From Clostridia bacterium (lineage in GTDB: Bacteria > Bacillota > Clostridia > Oscillospirales > CAG-272): a DNA stretch of 64,000 nt. Shown piece after piece: positions 10,758 to 21,287 of this stretch. Under the pieces are notes generated by a model. The model saw nothing but the letters and a program-made list of their open reading frames with translations, ran no database searches and was not told the origin of the DNA. Within the stretch, counting starts at the first letter, position 1. Each line of letters begins with the position of its first letter. Location of the stretch: NCBI GenBank assembly GCA_017937135.1, contig JAGBEE010000020.1, positions 142,296-206,295 of the forward strand. Direction: 5' to 3'. The translations under genes and the position numbers were made by a program.

Positions 10758-12734
10758 CTATACTCTCCTTGCCCTTCCCTCAAGCTTGCGAATGATCACA
10801 CCGCCAAGTGCTGGAAGATTTATATTTATAAAATAATTATTTTTGCCGGACTGATCTGAGTATTTTGCTGATTTTAAAACTTTACTGTTTGTTACACCCT
10901 TGCCACCAAATTGAAATTCATCAGTCGTTAATACCTCTTGATAAATTCCTTCTTCTTTGACATTTAGTTGATAATTTTCTCTTGTAACAGGAGAAAAATT
11001 GATTATTACCATTAATTCCGAAGAATCAATTGCTTTTCGTTTAAATGATATTATATTAAAATCCTTATCATTGGGATTTATCCATTCATAACCATCCCAT
11101 GAATTATCAATTTCCCATAACTGCTTGTTTTCCAAATAGAAGTTGTTCAATACAGATACGAATTTTTGCATTTCAGCATGCCTTGGATAGTCTAACATAA
11201 ACCATTCAAGCTGATTTTCATAATCCCACTCTCTAAACTGCGCAAACTCTGTACCCATAAAGGTCATTTTTTTACCAGGCATCGTCATCATATATACTAA
11301 AAATGCACGCATAGATGAAAACTTTTCATCATAATTACCATACATTTTATCTACTAATGACTTTTTACTGTGAACCACCTCATCATGAGAAATAGGATAC
11401 ACGTAATTCTCATTAAACGCATACATCATTGGAAAAGTAAGCTTGTCGTGAATATATTTTCTATAAACAGGATCGGTAGAAATGTATTCAAACATATCAT
11501 TTGCCCACCCCATATTCCATTTATAGTTGAAGCCGAGTCCACCTTGAAAAACAGGTTTTGTAATCATTGGCCAATCTGTTGATTCCTCTGCCATCATTAA
11601 GGCGTTAGGAAATTCTTTAAAAATCTCGGTATTTAATTTTTTAAAAAATGCTATTGATTCTTTGTTTTTATTATTTCCTTCGTCATTAGGAATCCACTCG
11701 CCAGGCTCTCTGTCATAGTCAAGATATAACATTGAAGCAACTGCATCAACTCTCAAGCCATCAACATGATATTCTCTTAACCAAAAAAGCGCATTAGAAA
11801 TTAAAAACGACTGTATTTCTTCTCTACCCACATCGAAAAATCTCGTTCCCCATACTCTATGCTCCATTCTATCATATCCTTGGTATTCATAAAGCGGTTG
11901 TCCATCAAATTCGTAAAGTCCGTGCTCATCCTTTGGAAAATGAGCAGGTACCCAGTCAAGAATAACGCCTATTCCACACTCATGAAGCTTGTTTACAAAA
12001 TACATAAAGTCTTTTGGCTTACCAAAACGAGATGTGGGCGAATAATAACCCGTGACTTGATATCCCCATGAGCCATCATAAGGATGCTCCATAATAGGCA
12101 TAAGCTCAACATGAGTATAGCCCAATTTTTTAAGATAAGGAGCAAGCTCGTCTGCTATTTCTCGGTAATTATAGTATTTTGAAGCATCATCACCAGCAAT
12201 AGGTGTTTTTTGCTTCCACGAGCCTAAATTCATTTCGTAAATATTTAATGGCGCTGAGTAATAATATCTTTCAGCTTCAGTTGCATTATTTTTTGTTAAA
12301 ATGGATTTTTTGTATTTATACCAATTTTCATCATTCCAAACAAAGCCATCAATATTTGCTACTATTGATGCAGTTTCCTTTAATGTTTGTGAATGAAAAG
12401 CATATGGATCAGCCTTATAGTGTGCTATACCATGATTCCAAATTTTGAATTTATAATTTTTTCCAATAAGACTTTCATTTGAAACAACAAAAAGCTCCCA
12501 AATACCAGAATCACGATTCTTATTCATTTGGGTTCCGCTATCCCACGATGTAAAGTCAGAAACAAGCATTACGCTATCGGCGTTTGGTGCCCACACGCGA
12601 AATACATACTTATATCCATCTTCACTTTTCTCTTCATGACAACCAAGATATTTGTAAGAATAATAATTGGTTCCCTGGTTAAAGTAATATGCGGCTAAAT
12701 CATTTTTTTGCATTATATTTTCCAAAACATCCAC
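10758..12734 (-). CDS. glgB: 1,4-alpha-glucan branching enzyme (start uncertain: GTG 12734 or ATG 12713)
   Basis: GH13 blocks [17 protein letters not shown] and MMAEEST, with an N-terminal CBM48-like region. Confidence 0.94.
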   Translation of the reverse strand: MDVLENIMQKNDLAAYYFNQGTNYYSYKYLGCHEEKSEDGYKYVFRVWAPNADSVMLVSDFTSWDSGTQMNKNRDSGIWELFVVSNESLIGKNYKFKIWNHGIAHYKADPYAFHSQTLKETASIVANIDGFVWNDENWYKYKKSILTKNNATEAERYYYSAPLNIYEMNLGSWKQKTPIAGDDASKYYNYREIADELAPYLKKLGYTHVELMPIMEHPYDGSWGYQVTGYYSPTSRFGKPKDFMYFVNKLHECGIGVILDWVPAHFPKDEHGLYEFDGQPLYEYQGYDRMEHRVWGTRFFDVGREEIQSFLISNALFWLREYHVDGLRVDAVASMLYLDYDREPGEWIPNDEGNNKNKESIAFFKKLNTEIFKEFPNALMMAEESTDWPMITKPVFQGGLGFNYKWNMGWANDMFEYISTDPVYRKYIHDKLTFPMMYAFNENYVYPISHDEVVHSKKSLVDKMYGNYDEKFSSMRAFLVYMMTMPGKKMTFMGTEFAQFREWDYENQLEWFMLDYPRHAEMQKFVSVLNNFYLENKQLWEIDNSWDGYEWINPNDKDFNIISFKRKAIDSSELMVIINFSPVTRENYQLNVKEEGIYQEVLTTDEFQFGGKGVTNSKVLKSAKYSDQSGKNNYFININLPALGGVIIRKLEGRARRV

Positions 12735-12769
12735 CGCCTTTATAATTCTATATATTATTCTATATATTT

Positions 12770-12798
12770 ATTATATGTCTTTTTTATTTAAATTTCAA
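12770..12798 (-). promoter_or_regulatory. sigma-A-type promoter of the glg operon
   Basis: On the minus strand: TTGAAA, 17 nt, TATAAT, about 35 nt upstream of glgB. Confidence 0.55.
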
Positions 12799-12860
12799 TA
12801 GTAAAATAATTTTAAATTTAAAAATTGTTCACATTTTTCGCTTTTTTTCAACAAAAATTT

Positions 12861-12886
12861 GAAAAAATGAGCATTTTCATGCTCAT
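12861..12886 (-). terminator. terminator of the GNAT gene
   Basis: 8-bp stem atgagcat/atgctcat, loop tttc, overlapping the stop codon and followed by a U-run on the minus strand. Confidence 0.65.
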
Positions 12887-13479
12887 TCTATGCTTTCGTA
12901 TTTTTTGTTTAGCTCATACTCTCTTTTGAGTATAGACGAAATTCCAACGGTTTTAAACTTGCCCTTAACGAACATTGCCTCTCTTTGATATCCTTCAAAT
13001 TTCATACCAACCTTTTTCATAACAGCAAGACTTGCATCATTTCCGAATAGAAATTTTGCTTCTACCCTATTTGCATTTAAAACCTCAAAGGCAAAGGCTA
13101 TAACTCTTTTAACAGCCTCGGTTGCTATTCCCATCCCCCAATAATCAGGATTTAAAACATATCCAATTTCAACCACGCTGTTTTCCTCATCGATTCGAGT
13201 AAAACCACAGGTACCTATCATTTTTTTGTTTTCTTTGTAAACAATTGCCCAATCGTTATATTCACCAGATTTGTATTTTGCAATAACTACATCAATAAAA
13301 TTTTTAGTATAATCTAAGTTTTTATGAGCATCCCAAAGTAAGTATTGCGATGTTTTAGAATTTGCTGAGTATTCATGTACATCATATAAATCTGTTCTTT
13401 TAAGGGCTCTAAATAAAAGCCTTTCTGTTTCTAAGGTAGGAATTTGTGAAAAAAGTTTTGATACGAATTTGAGTTTCAT
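12883..13479 (-). CDS. GNAT N-acetyltransferase, RimJ/RimL-like (198 aa from ATG 13479)
   Basis: TERLLFRAL...IGTCGF...VEIGYVLNPDYWGMGIATEA pattern of the Acetyltransf_3 family. GGAG SD lies before ATG 13479; the longer ORF to 13554 has no SD. Confidence 0.8.
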   Translation of the reverse strand: MKLKFVSKLFSQIPTLETERLLFRALKRTDLYDVHEYSANSKTSQYLLWDAHKNLDYTKNFIDVVIAKYKSGEYNDWAIVYKENKKMIGTCGFTRIDEENSVVEIGYVLNPDYWGMGIATEAVKRVIAFAFEVLNANRVEAKFLFGNDASLAVMKKVGMKFEGYQREAMFVKGKFKTVGISSILKREYELNKKYESIE

Positions 13480-13568
13480 TTTTTTCTCCGCTTGAAATTT
13501 TACAAAATGATTATATACCATTAAAACAAAATAGTCAATAATTATTTTCAACAATAAACAAATTTATA

Positions 13569-13597
13569 TTGCATTGAAAGAAATTGTGTGATAAAAT
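13569..13597 (+). promoter_or_regulatory. sigma-A promoter for proC
   Basis: TTGCAT, 17 nt, TGaTAAAAT (extended -10). Confidence 0.55.
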
Positions 13598-13625
13598 AAT
13601 AACAATATTTTTAAAGGTGATTTAT

Positions 13626-14426
13626 ATGAAAAAAACATTATTTATTGGTTCGGGAAATATGGCTTGTGCCATTGCTTCCGGTCTTATCAAATCGAATTTA
13701 ATTCCTGCCCAAAGCATTCTATTGTTTGATAAAAATGTTGAACAATACGCGAAATTTAATTCCGAATGCATAAAAATGCAAAACCTACAGGATGCCATAA
13801 ACTCAGCGGATATTATTTTTCTTTCTGTTAAGCCTCAAAATATTAAAGAGGTTGTTTCTTTGATGCCTAAAAATCTTGGAAATAAGATTTGTGTTTCTAT
13901 ATGCGCTGGAATTACTATGGAATCCATCGAAAAAAATTTTGATTATATAAAACTAGTTCGTGCCATGCCTAATACGCCATTATTAATTGGTCAAGGTGTA
14001 ACTGCTCTTTGTAAAAATAAAAATGTTTTAGATTGTGAATTTAATTTTATAAAATCAATATTTGCCTCATCTGGTATAACTACCGAAATTGAAGAAAAAG
14101 ATATAAACAGCTTAACAGCGATAACATCAAGCTCACCAGCATACGTTTATTTATTTATAAAAGCGATGCTTGAAGGTGCAAAAAATCTTAATTTCAATTA
14201 TGAAAACACATTAGATCTTATTTGCAAAACTATAATAGGCTCTGCTAACATGGTGTTGCAAGGTGACAAAACTATAGATGAACAAATTAGAATGGTAAAA
14301 TCTCCAAACGGAACAACAGAAAAAGCATTAAACGTGTTAGAAGAACAAAATATTATAGGTATTGTTAGTGATGCGATGAAAGCATGTGAGGCTCGCGCAA
14401 AGGAGCTATCTGAACTAAATAAATAA
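13626..14426 (+). CDS. proC: pyrroline-5-carboxylate reductase
   Basis: MKKTLFIGSGNMACAI Rossmann N-terminus, RAMPNTP block, SPNGTTEKAL C-terminal motif. Confidence 0.9.
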   Translation: MKKTLFIGSGNMACAIASGLIKSNLIPAQSILLFDKNVEQYAKFNSECIKMQNLQDAINSADIIFLSVKPQNIKEVVSLMPKNLGNKICVSICAGITMESIEKNFDYIKLVRAMPNTPLLIGQGVTALCKNKNVLDCEFNFIKSIFASSGITTEIEEKDINSLTAITSSSPAYVYLFIKAMLEGAKNLNFNYENTLDLICKTIIGSANMVLQGDKTIDEQIRMVKSPNGTTEKALNVLEEQNIIGIVSDAMKACEARAKELSELNK

Positions 14427-14437
14427 GGAGGGTGAAT

Positions 14438-15574
14438 ATGCAAGAAAACAACGAGTCCAAGCCAAAAAAGAAACGATTTAATATATTCGATTGGTACTAT
14501 CGTGATGGAAAAATCCAAGAGCAAGATATTAATGTTTTGAAAAATCCTTCAATCGGTAATTTTTTTAAACTCCTTTGGAAAAAGCTAAACAAGTTCATTA
14601 GCACAAATCTAATATTTGTTTTTGGCAATTTTCCAGTGATATTCATACTATTAGCAATTGCTGGTTTTTTTGATAGCTTTTCTCCTTCTCCACTATATTT
14701 AGCATGGGGACCGATGCAAGGAGCTATGTCATTTGATGAAAATGATTTATCCTCCACCGTGTTAACAGGTATATATGGAGTTCATGGCGAATTAAGAGAG
14801 GTGAGCACTGCAACAATCATCTTATTCCTTTTAGGACTGCTTCTTATCTTCACATGGGGTTTTACAAAGGTCGGTACTACCTACATTTATCGTAATATAA
14901 TGAGTGGCGAGCCTGTTTTCCCTATGTCTGACTTCTTTTATGTTATCAAAAGGAATAAAAAGCAATCTATAATCGTTGGAATATTAGATGCTATTATAAC
15001 TGCTCTGTTCGCCTATGATATATATTATTTATTTGAGTATTATAATGAAAATTCAGTAAACCCTTTTATGTTATTTATGACACTTGCAATGTTCATAATT
15101 TATACATTCATAAGGCCATACGTTTACATAATGATATTTACTTTTGATTTAAAAATTACAAAAATAATTAAAAACGCACTTTTCTTTGCAATTTTAGGAA
15201 TTAAACGTAACGCTATGTGTTTACTGGGTTCTATCTTGCTGCTTATTATAAACTTTGGAATTTTTTACATTTTTCCACCACTTGGAGCAATTTTACCTTT
15301 CTTAATTACGTTTGCTATTTTGGATTTTATGGGAGTATATGCTGCCTATCCAAATATAATTAAATATATGATGGACGAAAATGATGCAAGAGCCATCGTA
15401 GAAGGATGTTCTATTGATAAGGAAAATGATGAGATTGATAAAGAAGAATATGATGAACAGCCGAGTGAATGCAAAGTTAACGAGCTTGAAAAAATTCAAG
15501 AAACAAGCGAATCTTCATCAACTTCACCTATAGAGAACGCTTCTAATTCACAAACAGATAATGAAAATAAATAA
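14438..15574 (+). CDS. polytopic membrane protein, DUF624/YesL-like, with an acidic Ser-rich C-terminal tail
   Basis: AAGGAGG SD 7 nt before ATG 14438. Several hydrophobic helices. The final ~70 aa are rich in D, E and S. The family call is from memory of the YesL N-terminal pattern only. Confidence 0.55.
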   Translation: MQENNESKPKKKRFNIFDWYYRDGKIQEQDINVLKNPSIGNFFKLLWKKLNKFISTNLIFVFGNFPVIFILLAIAGFFDSFSPSPLYLAWGPMQGAMSFDENDLSSTVLTGIYGVHGELREVSTATIILFLLGLLLIFTWGFTKVGTTYIYRNIMSGEPVFPMSDFFYVIKRNKKQSIIVGILDAIITALFAYDIYYLFEYYNENSVNPFMLFMTLAMFIIYTFIRPYVYIMIFTFDLKITKIIKNALFFAILGIKRNAMCLLGSILLLIINFGIFYIFPPLGAILPFLITFAILDFMGVYAAYPNIIKYMMDENDARAIVEGCSIDKENDEIDKEEYDEQPSECKVNELEKIQETSESSSTSPIENASNSQTDNENK

Positions 15575-15603
15575 AAAATTCGGCAAAAAGCCGAATTTTT
15601 TAT
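15573..15603. terminator. bidirectional terminator
   Basis: aattcggc aaaaa gccgaatt flanked by A- and T-runs, between convergent genes. Confidence 0.85.
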
Positions 15604-16278
15604 TTATTGCAAAAGCTCGGAAACAGTTACAAACTCATATCCCATTGATTGTAATTTTGGAATCAATTTTTCAAGTGCAGAAATCGTATTTGCTCTACCA
15701 CTTATATAATCGTGAAACAAAATGATATCACCGCCCTTAACATTGTTGATTACATTTTTTATAATTGCTTTATCACTTGCGTGCGCCCAATCGTGAGTGT
15801 CAATATTCCATAAAACGATTTTATAGTTTTTTTCAAGCGCAACATCTATTAATGTTTGATCATAAAGTCCTCCAGGTGGGCGCAATATATTAGTCATTTC
15901 TATATCGTTTTGCATAATTTCATCTTCTGCTGTCGATATTTCTTTGCATACGATATCTTTTGATATTGATTTTAGCGATTTGTGCGAATAGGTATGGTTT
16001 CCAATTTGATGCCCCTTGTTCGCTACCATACTTAAGGTTTCTGGATAGTTTTTTGCATTTATACCAATTACAAAAAATGTAGCCTTCACATTATACTTAT
16101 CTAATACTTCTAATATTTTGGGGGTAATTTTAGGATGTGGTCCATCATCAAAGGTTAATGCAATTTTATTACCTATATTTTCATTGCAGCTATATACAGG
16201 TTTGTTTTTAATGTCAGATGAGCAAACTACACTTGATAATAAAAAAGCCGACAAAATGGCGCATATTATTTTCTTCAT
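15604..16278 (-). CDS. secreted polysaccharide deacetylase (NodB/CE4)
   Basis: N-terminal signal sequence, TFDDGP, HTYSH and RPPGG NodB motifs. ATGA overlap with the upstream deacetylase. Confidence 0.85.
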   Translation of the reverse strand: MKKIICAILSAFLLSSVVCSSDIKNKPVYSCNENIGNKIALTFDDGPHPKITPKILEVLDKYNVKATFFVIGINAKNYPETLSMVANKGHQIGNHTYSHKSLKSISKDIVCKEISTAEDEIMQNDIEMTNILRPPGGLYDQTLIDVALEKNYKIVLWNIDTHDWAHASDKAIIKNVINNVKGGDIILFHDYISGRANTISALEKLIPKLQSMGYEFVTVSELLQ

Positions 16279-17057
16279 TGATTACAAAGCTCATCAAGTG
16301 TGCCAAATCTAAAGCCTTGGGATTTTAACTCTTGAATAATTTCTTTTATAATTTTGGCATTTGTAGAAGACGTAGGGTGAAGAAGCATCACTTCTCCATT
16401 ATGAATGTTATCAAGAATTTTCTTTTTTGCATACTCGGCTGATGGTTGCCTACCGTTGTCCCAGTCGGCATACGCGAAGGACCACATAACCGTCTTATAA
16501 CCAAGCTCGGTTGCCCACTTTAAATTTTGCTCATTGAATTTTCCCTCTGGAGGTCTATAATATTTTGGCATTTCTTTATTAAACTCTTCATTATACAATT
16601 TCTCAAGATCATTTAGTTCTTTATTAAAAGAGTTAATATCATTTACTTTGGTCATATCCTTGTGTTTTAAAGTATGGTTTCCAACAATATGACCCTCGTT
16701 TATCATTCTTTCAACTAAATTTTTGTTTTTTAAAATCATATTATCCAATATAAAAAAAGCTCCAGAAACTTGTTCTTCTTTTAATACATTTAAGATACGT
16801 TCTACATTTCCATTTTCATATCCTGCATCAAAGGTTAAGTATATTACTTTATCCTTTTCCTGCATTGATTTATGGTTTTTGTCACACCAATATACCTCAT
16901 AATCCTCACAGAATTTTAAATCAGCACCTAAAATTGGCTGTGCGTGTGTTGAATTTCTTTTACAATACCACGAAACACTATTTTTTGTAGCACAGGTTAC
17001 AATTGTTAAAATAAAAAAAGAACACAACACACACAAAGCTTTATAAACAAATTTCAT
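16275..17057 (-). CDS. pdaA: PdaA-like delta-lactam-biosynthetic de-N-acetylase (CE4)
   Basis: YLTFDAGYENGN...GAFFI...EGHIVGNHTLKHKDM aligns with the B. subtilis PdaA blocks YLTFDNGYENGY/GHIIGNH. SD GAGGTGA lies before ATG 17057. Confidence 0.75.
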   Translation of the reverse strand: MKFVYKALCVLCSFFILTIVTCATKNSVSWYCKRNSTHAQPILGADLKFCEDYEVYWCDKNHKSMQEKDKVIYLTFDAGYENGNVERILNVLKEEQVSGAFFILDNMILKNKNLVERMINEGHIVGNHTLKHKDMTKVNDINSFNKELNDLEKLYNEEFNKEMPKYYRPPEGKFNEQNLKWATELGYKTVMWSFAYADWDNGRQPSAEYAKKKILDNIHNGEVMLLHPTSSTNAKIIKEIIQELKSQGFRFGTLDELCNQ

Positions 17058-17185
17058 TATCTCACCTCGCTTTTGCAAAATTATTGTTTGTTTTTATTTG
17101 AAATTTAAACTGTATAATTTTTGTTTTTTATGTATTATTTCTGATAAATTTGCAAATAATGATTAAAAAGTTTAAGGGGGTAAAT

Positions 17186-17356
17186 ATGAGCAAGGAAAAA
17201 AGTACAATCGGTAGTGTTATAAAAGGAATCGCATTTGGGGCTGTTTTAGGCACAATTGCTACAATGGTGCTATCAAACACAAAGGTATCAAAAAAAATCA
17301 AAGATACTGCTGAAAACGCAGTTGATAATGTAAGTTCCATGTTCAAAATGAATTAA
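17186..17356 (+). CDS. small YtxH-like membrane-anchored protein (56 aa)
   Basis: AAGGGGG SD, then MSKEKSTIGSVIKGIAFGAVLGTIATMVLSN followed by a charged helix. A terminator follows immediately. Confidence 0.5.
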   Translation: MSKEKSTIGSVIKGIAFGAVLGTIATMVLSNTKVSKKIKDTAENAVDNVSSMFKMN

Positions 17357-17390
17357 AAAAATGGTGTCGTTAAACGCGACACCATTTTTG
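17355..17390. terminator. bidirectional terminator
   Basis: 9-bp stem atggtgtcg/cgacaccat flanked by A6 and T5, between convergent genes. Confidence 0.85.
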
Positions 17391-17397
17391 ATTGTTT

Positions 17398-20106
17398 TTA
17401 TTCGTAATCTTCAGGTATTGGAGCTGCACTAAATCTCGCCCAGCCAAGCGCTGGCCTAAATCCCCAAATGCAATCCCTCGCCTCTATATTTCCTACCTCG
17501 AAAACTACTGTTTTATCCCATTCCTTTATTGACATTTTATGCGTAGAGGTAGAATATACAGCAACTCCAAGTCCATTACAGTTTTCAAAAGCATATGCAC
17601 CAATTCTGGTAATTGTTTTAGGCAATCTTAACGTTACTGTATAAGTATTTGCCTTGGCATATGTAGTTTTTGAAAATGCTATCCCAAATTCTGAGAATGC
17701 ATATGAATCTATTTCTGTTACAGCATACCCACAGTATTCAGCTGGTATAAATGTTTGTATTTCATCATATTCGCTCAATCCATCTAAAATTTGTTTTTTA
17801 TAATTTACGATAATCATAGAACCATTTCTAAAATCGTAAACAAATCCTCTTTCGTCTTGAATCTTATACCATTTGGCTTTATATGCTCTATTTCCAGCAC
17901 TACCCTTATTTATGGTTATAGATGAGAAAATAACACCATTATCATCTTCCCAACCAATAAAACCATACCCTTCCTTCACAGGCGTTGGTAAGGTTATATC
18001 ATCACTTTCCATGGTGTATTCATGCACCAAAGATGCTTCTCCACCATCAAGCTCGTATTTTATACTGTACTTTATGGGAACCCATTTCGCAGTTAATGAT
18101 ATTTCAGTCACATCAATAGTCCAAGTTCCACTCATTTCAACCTTTATATCCTCCGTGTTATACCATCCAGCAAAATCATATCCAGGTTTTTGTGGTTCTA
18201 AAAGCTCATATTGATTACCAAGTATTACAGTTTCGGTATCTGACGAAATAGAACCACCGTTGGAGTTATAATTAACAACAACACTTTTATCGTTCCATTT
18301 TGCATACAGAATTATTCCAGTTGAATCCTCAGCATTAATACTTTCTACTTTATTTTCAAAATTTGGATCTGAATACCAGCCCGCAAACGGAGTTGTCAGC
18401 TTAACTGGAGCCTTAAATACAATTATTCCACTTTCAACATTAAATGTGTTGGGGTTTTTATCATTATTAGTTCCGCCATTCAAAACATAATTGATAGTAT
18501 ATGTAACTGGAGTCCATTTAGCAGTTAGGTTCAGATCAGCCGTGCTTGACCAAGTGCCACTTGTTCCCATCTTAACATTACCAAGATACCAACCATTAAA
18601 AATATACTTTTCTCTCGTTGGTGTCGGCAGTGAATATGAGGAATTATACTCATAATACTCATCTTCTAATGTATCTCCACCATTTACATCAAAGGTAACC
18701 TTTGATCTGTACTGCCATTTTGAGTATAAAATTAAGCCATCCTTCGCAAGCTCATATGTAATCTTTGTAACTTGATTATTGAAATTCTTATCTAAATACC
18801 AACCTAAAAAAACATGCGAGCCAAAGGTTGGTTCTATCAAAACAAAATCCTCATCTTCAATATTAAAGGTGAGTGGATTAGAAGTGTTTTCGGCGCCTAT
18901 GGGCACATCATAACTAATTTGATGAATTATAGCTGTGTACTTGGCAACAAGATCAATGTCGGTTTTGTATTGCCACTCTCCAGTTTCTTCTACTTTTTTA
19001 TATTCCTCATTTTCTTCGTCAAGAATGTACCAACCATTAAAAATATATCCATCAAGTGTGGGGTCATATACTATAGCATACTCTTCTTTATATGTAAAAC
19101 TATAAGTTTCCACCTTTTCTTCGTTAATATATAAATTTACATTACAATTGTATACTATATCTGTAAAGCTTGCATAAATTATTAAATCATCAACTAAACC
19201 AATAGTGCTTTCTATCTTAGTGCCATCTTCAGTAAACCAACCATTAAACTCTTTATCTTCGCATCCTGCATCTAAAAATTCTACAACATTTTCAACCGTG
19301 AAGCTATTTGATATGTTAGGATTAATCGCTTCGTCATCAATAACATACGTAATTGAATACTGATTCGGCTGATAAACAGGCTTCACTATGATATCCGATG
19401 CTTTAGTAAAAACTCCAGTAGAATTAAATAAAACATCATTTGAAGTCCAGCCAACAAATTTATAGCCTGCTCTTTTGGGGGCATATTCCTCAAGAGAATA
19501 TTCCTCATTAAAGGTCACGTCAATTATGGTTTTATCAATTTCAGTCTCAGGCGCATCAATTATAATTTGATAATTTAACGCAGTCCATTCGGCATCAATA
19601 ATCACATCATTCGTTATTGGTGTGTTAAAATCAAAATCCCATTTCAAATCATATCCAACCCTTACAGAAGTAGGAATATTGGATATTTTTTCTCCTTCTG
19701 AAATTTGCTGGGATGAAACCTCGGTACCACCATTTACATTAAATGAAACTGTGAACATTTGCTTTTTATAAATATTAAACTTGTAAATCTTTTCTCCATA
19801 ATCTTCATGCGAAACTCTCAAGTAAAAATAGTTATTTCCACCTATCAGTGAGAATTCCTCATCTTCTAAAATATCGACAAAATCCTCTGACTTTGAAAAC
19901 TCCACATTTGCTTTTGTAGAAAAGGTAATTTTTTCTTTTAAATTATATTTTTCTATATCATTTGATACAGAAAAATAATACTCGCCATTCTTGTATGACA
20001 ATCCTTGTGTTTCTATCTCTAAAGGATTTCTATTTTCCCCACACGAAACAACAAAAATTAATATTATTGCCAAAACAAAAAGTGATATAATTATTTTTTT
20101 CTTCAT
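17398..20106 (-). CDS. surface lipoprotein with about nine Listeria-Bacteroides (InlB B-type) repeats and a C-terminal BspA-type LRR region (902 aa)
   Basis: Signal peptide with lipobox VVSC. Recurrent ~70-aa units end in GY.F.GW motifs (AGYKFVGW, FNGWF, GYIFNGWY, FLGWY, YIFNGWY, FAGWY, GYDFAGWY, GYGFIGW). The C-terminus carries AFSEF...AYAFENC LRR_5-like strands. Confidence 0.85.
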   Translation of the reverse strand: MKKKIIISLFVLAIILIFVVSCGENRNPLEIETQGLSYKNGEYYFSVSNDIEKYNLKEKITFSTKANVEFSKSEDFVDILEDEEFSLIGGNNYFYLRVSHEDYGEKIYKFNIYKKQMFTVSFNVNGGTEVSSQQISEGEKISNIPTSVRVGYDLKWDFDFNTPITNDVIIDAEWTALNYQIIIDAPETEIDKTIIDVTFNEEYSLEEYAPKRAGYKFVGWTSNDVLFNSTGVFTKASDIIVKPVYQPNQYSITYVIDDEAINPNISNSFTVENVVEFLDAGCEDKEFNGWFTEDGTKIESTIGLVDDLIIYASFTDIVYNCNVNLYINEEKVETYSFTYKEEYAIVYDPTLDGYIFNGWYILDEENEEYKKVEETGEWQYKTDIDLVAKYTAIIHQISYDVPIGAENTSNPLTFNIEDEDFVLIEPTFGSHVFLGWYLDKNFNNQVTKITYELAKDGLILYSKWQYRSKVTFDVNGGDTLEDEYYEYNSSYSLPTPTREKYIFNGWYLGNVKMGTSGTWSSTADLNLTAKWTPVTYTINYVLNGGTNNDKNPNTFNVESGIIVFKAPVKLTTPFAGWYSDPNFENKVESINAEDSTGIILYAKWNDKSVVVNYNSNGGSISSDTETVILGNQYELLEPQKPGYDFAGWYNTEDIKVEMSGTWTIDVTEISLTAKWVPIKYSIKYELDGGEASLVHEYTMESDDITLPTPVKEGYGFIGWEDDNGVIFSSITINKGSAGNRAYKAKWYKIQDERGFVYDFRNGSMIIVNYKKQILDGLSEYDEIQTFIPAEYCGYAVTEIDSYAFSEFGIAFSKTTYAKANTYTVTLRLPKTITRIGAYAFENCNGLGVAVYSTSTHKMSIKEWDKTVVFEVGNIEARDCIWGFRPALGWARFSAAPIPEDYE

Positions 20107-20138
20107 AGGCTTCCCCTTGACAAATATTATATATTTTG

Positions 20139-20167
20139 ATTTTAACATAAATATATTTTATTGTCAA
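20139..20167 (-). promoter_or_regulatory. sigma-A promoter for the lipoprotein gene
   Basis: Minus strand: TTGACA, 17 nt, TGtTAAAAT. It begins 17 nt after the murG stop. Confidence 0.55.
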
Positions 20168-20183
20168 GTATACTATATATCAC

Positions 20184-21278
20184 TTAACGCCTTGAAATCA
20201 AGTTATTAATTTCTTGATATATAATTTTATTTGCCGAAGCTTTATGAAATTTACTAATTTCCTTCTCCATTGATAAGCGCATCGCATCATCGGAAACCAA
20301 ATCTCTAACTACATCTGTAATTGTATAAATTCTATCCTCTGTTATAAGCATAGCTGCTCCATTTTCTTCAAGAACCCTTGCGTTTTCATATTGATGATTA
20401 TCTGCTACATTAGGCGAAGGAATAAGTATTGCACATTTCCCACTTGCCGCTAGCTCGGAAATACTCATTGCACCTGCTCTTGATATAACTATATCAGCCA
20501 TAGCCATAATTTCCGGCATATTATATATATAGTCATGGAGTTCAACATTACTTAGCTTATCAAATCGTTTTTCTACAAGTATTTTTTTCATATCATAATA
20601 ATCTCTTTTTCCACTCGACCAAATAAACCTTACGTTTGGCGAATATCTTATGAAATTATCAATAATATCAATTGCTGACTCATTAATCCTTCTTGCTCCC
20701 AATGAACCACCATAACAAACTACTACATACTTTTCATTTACATTAAGCTTTAGTTTTGTTTTTTGTTTATCATATGTTTCAAATCCATATCTTAATGGGT
20801 TTCCCGTATTTATTATTTTGTTCTTATCCTTAAAAAATCTCTCGCTTTGTTTAAAATTTGTAAAAATTTTATCAACCTTCTTCTGCAACATTTTAGTTGC
20901 TTTTCCTGGTAAAGCATTAGATTCATGTATAACAGTTTTTACGCCTAGTTTATGCCCTGCATATATAACAGGGTAAGTTGCATATCCTCCTGTTCCCACT
21001 ATTATATCGGGATGAAATTCTTTTATTATCTGCTTTGATTTTTTTATTGCATCCATCAGTAAAAAAAGAGTTTTAACATTTTCAATACTTATTCTTCTTT
21101 TCATTCCTCTTATATCTATGTGATACTTTTTAAAATCAACCAAGCTATTCTCTATTCCATTCATCGTTGCTACATAAGCAACTTTTGAATCTGACGAATT
21201 TCTCATTATTGTTTGAGCTATTGCAATAGCAGGATTTACGTGTCCAGCAGTGCCTCCACCACAAAATAATACTCTCAT
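20184..21278 (-). CDS. murG: UDP-GlcNAc:lipid I GlcNAc transferase
   Basis: MRVLFCGGGTAGHVNPAIAIA N-terminus, GT28 architecture, dcw context. Confidence 0.95.
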   Translation of the reverse strand: MRVLFCGGGTAGHVNPAIAIAQTIMRNSSDSKVAYVATMNGIENSLVDFKKYHIDIRGMKRRISIENVKTLFLLMDAIKKSKQIIKEFHPDIIVGTGGYATYPVIYAGHKLGVKTVIHESNALPGKATKMLQKKVDKIFTNFKQSERFFKDKNKIINTGNPLRYGFETYDKQKTKLKLNVNEKYVVVCYGGSLGARRINESAIDIIDNFIRYSPNVRFIWSSGKRDYYDMKKILVEKRFDKLSNVELHDYIYNMPEIMAMADIVISRAGAMSISELAASGKCAILIPSPNVADNHQYENARVLEENGAAMLITEDRIYTITDVVRDLVSDDAMRLSMEKEISKFHKASANKIIYQEINNLISRR

Positions 21279-21287
21279 TATTAACCT

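Noticed and set aside
17128-17346. 72-aa minus-strand ORF opposite the YtxH-like gene.
   Set aside because: The plus-strand ORF has a strong SD (AAGGGGG), a recognisable YtxH-like pattern and a terminator. The minus ORF has none of these.
20117-20122. TTGACA hexamer on the plus strand, inside the 5' end of the lipoprotein gene region.
   Set aside because: It points antisense into murG, has no matching -10 at 17±1 nt, and has no downstream ORF.
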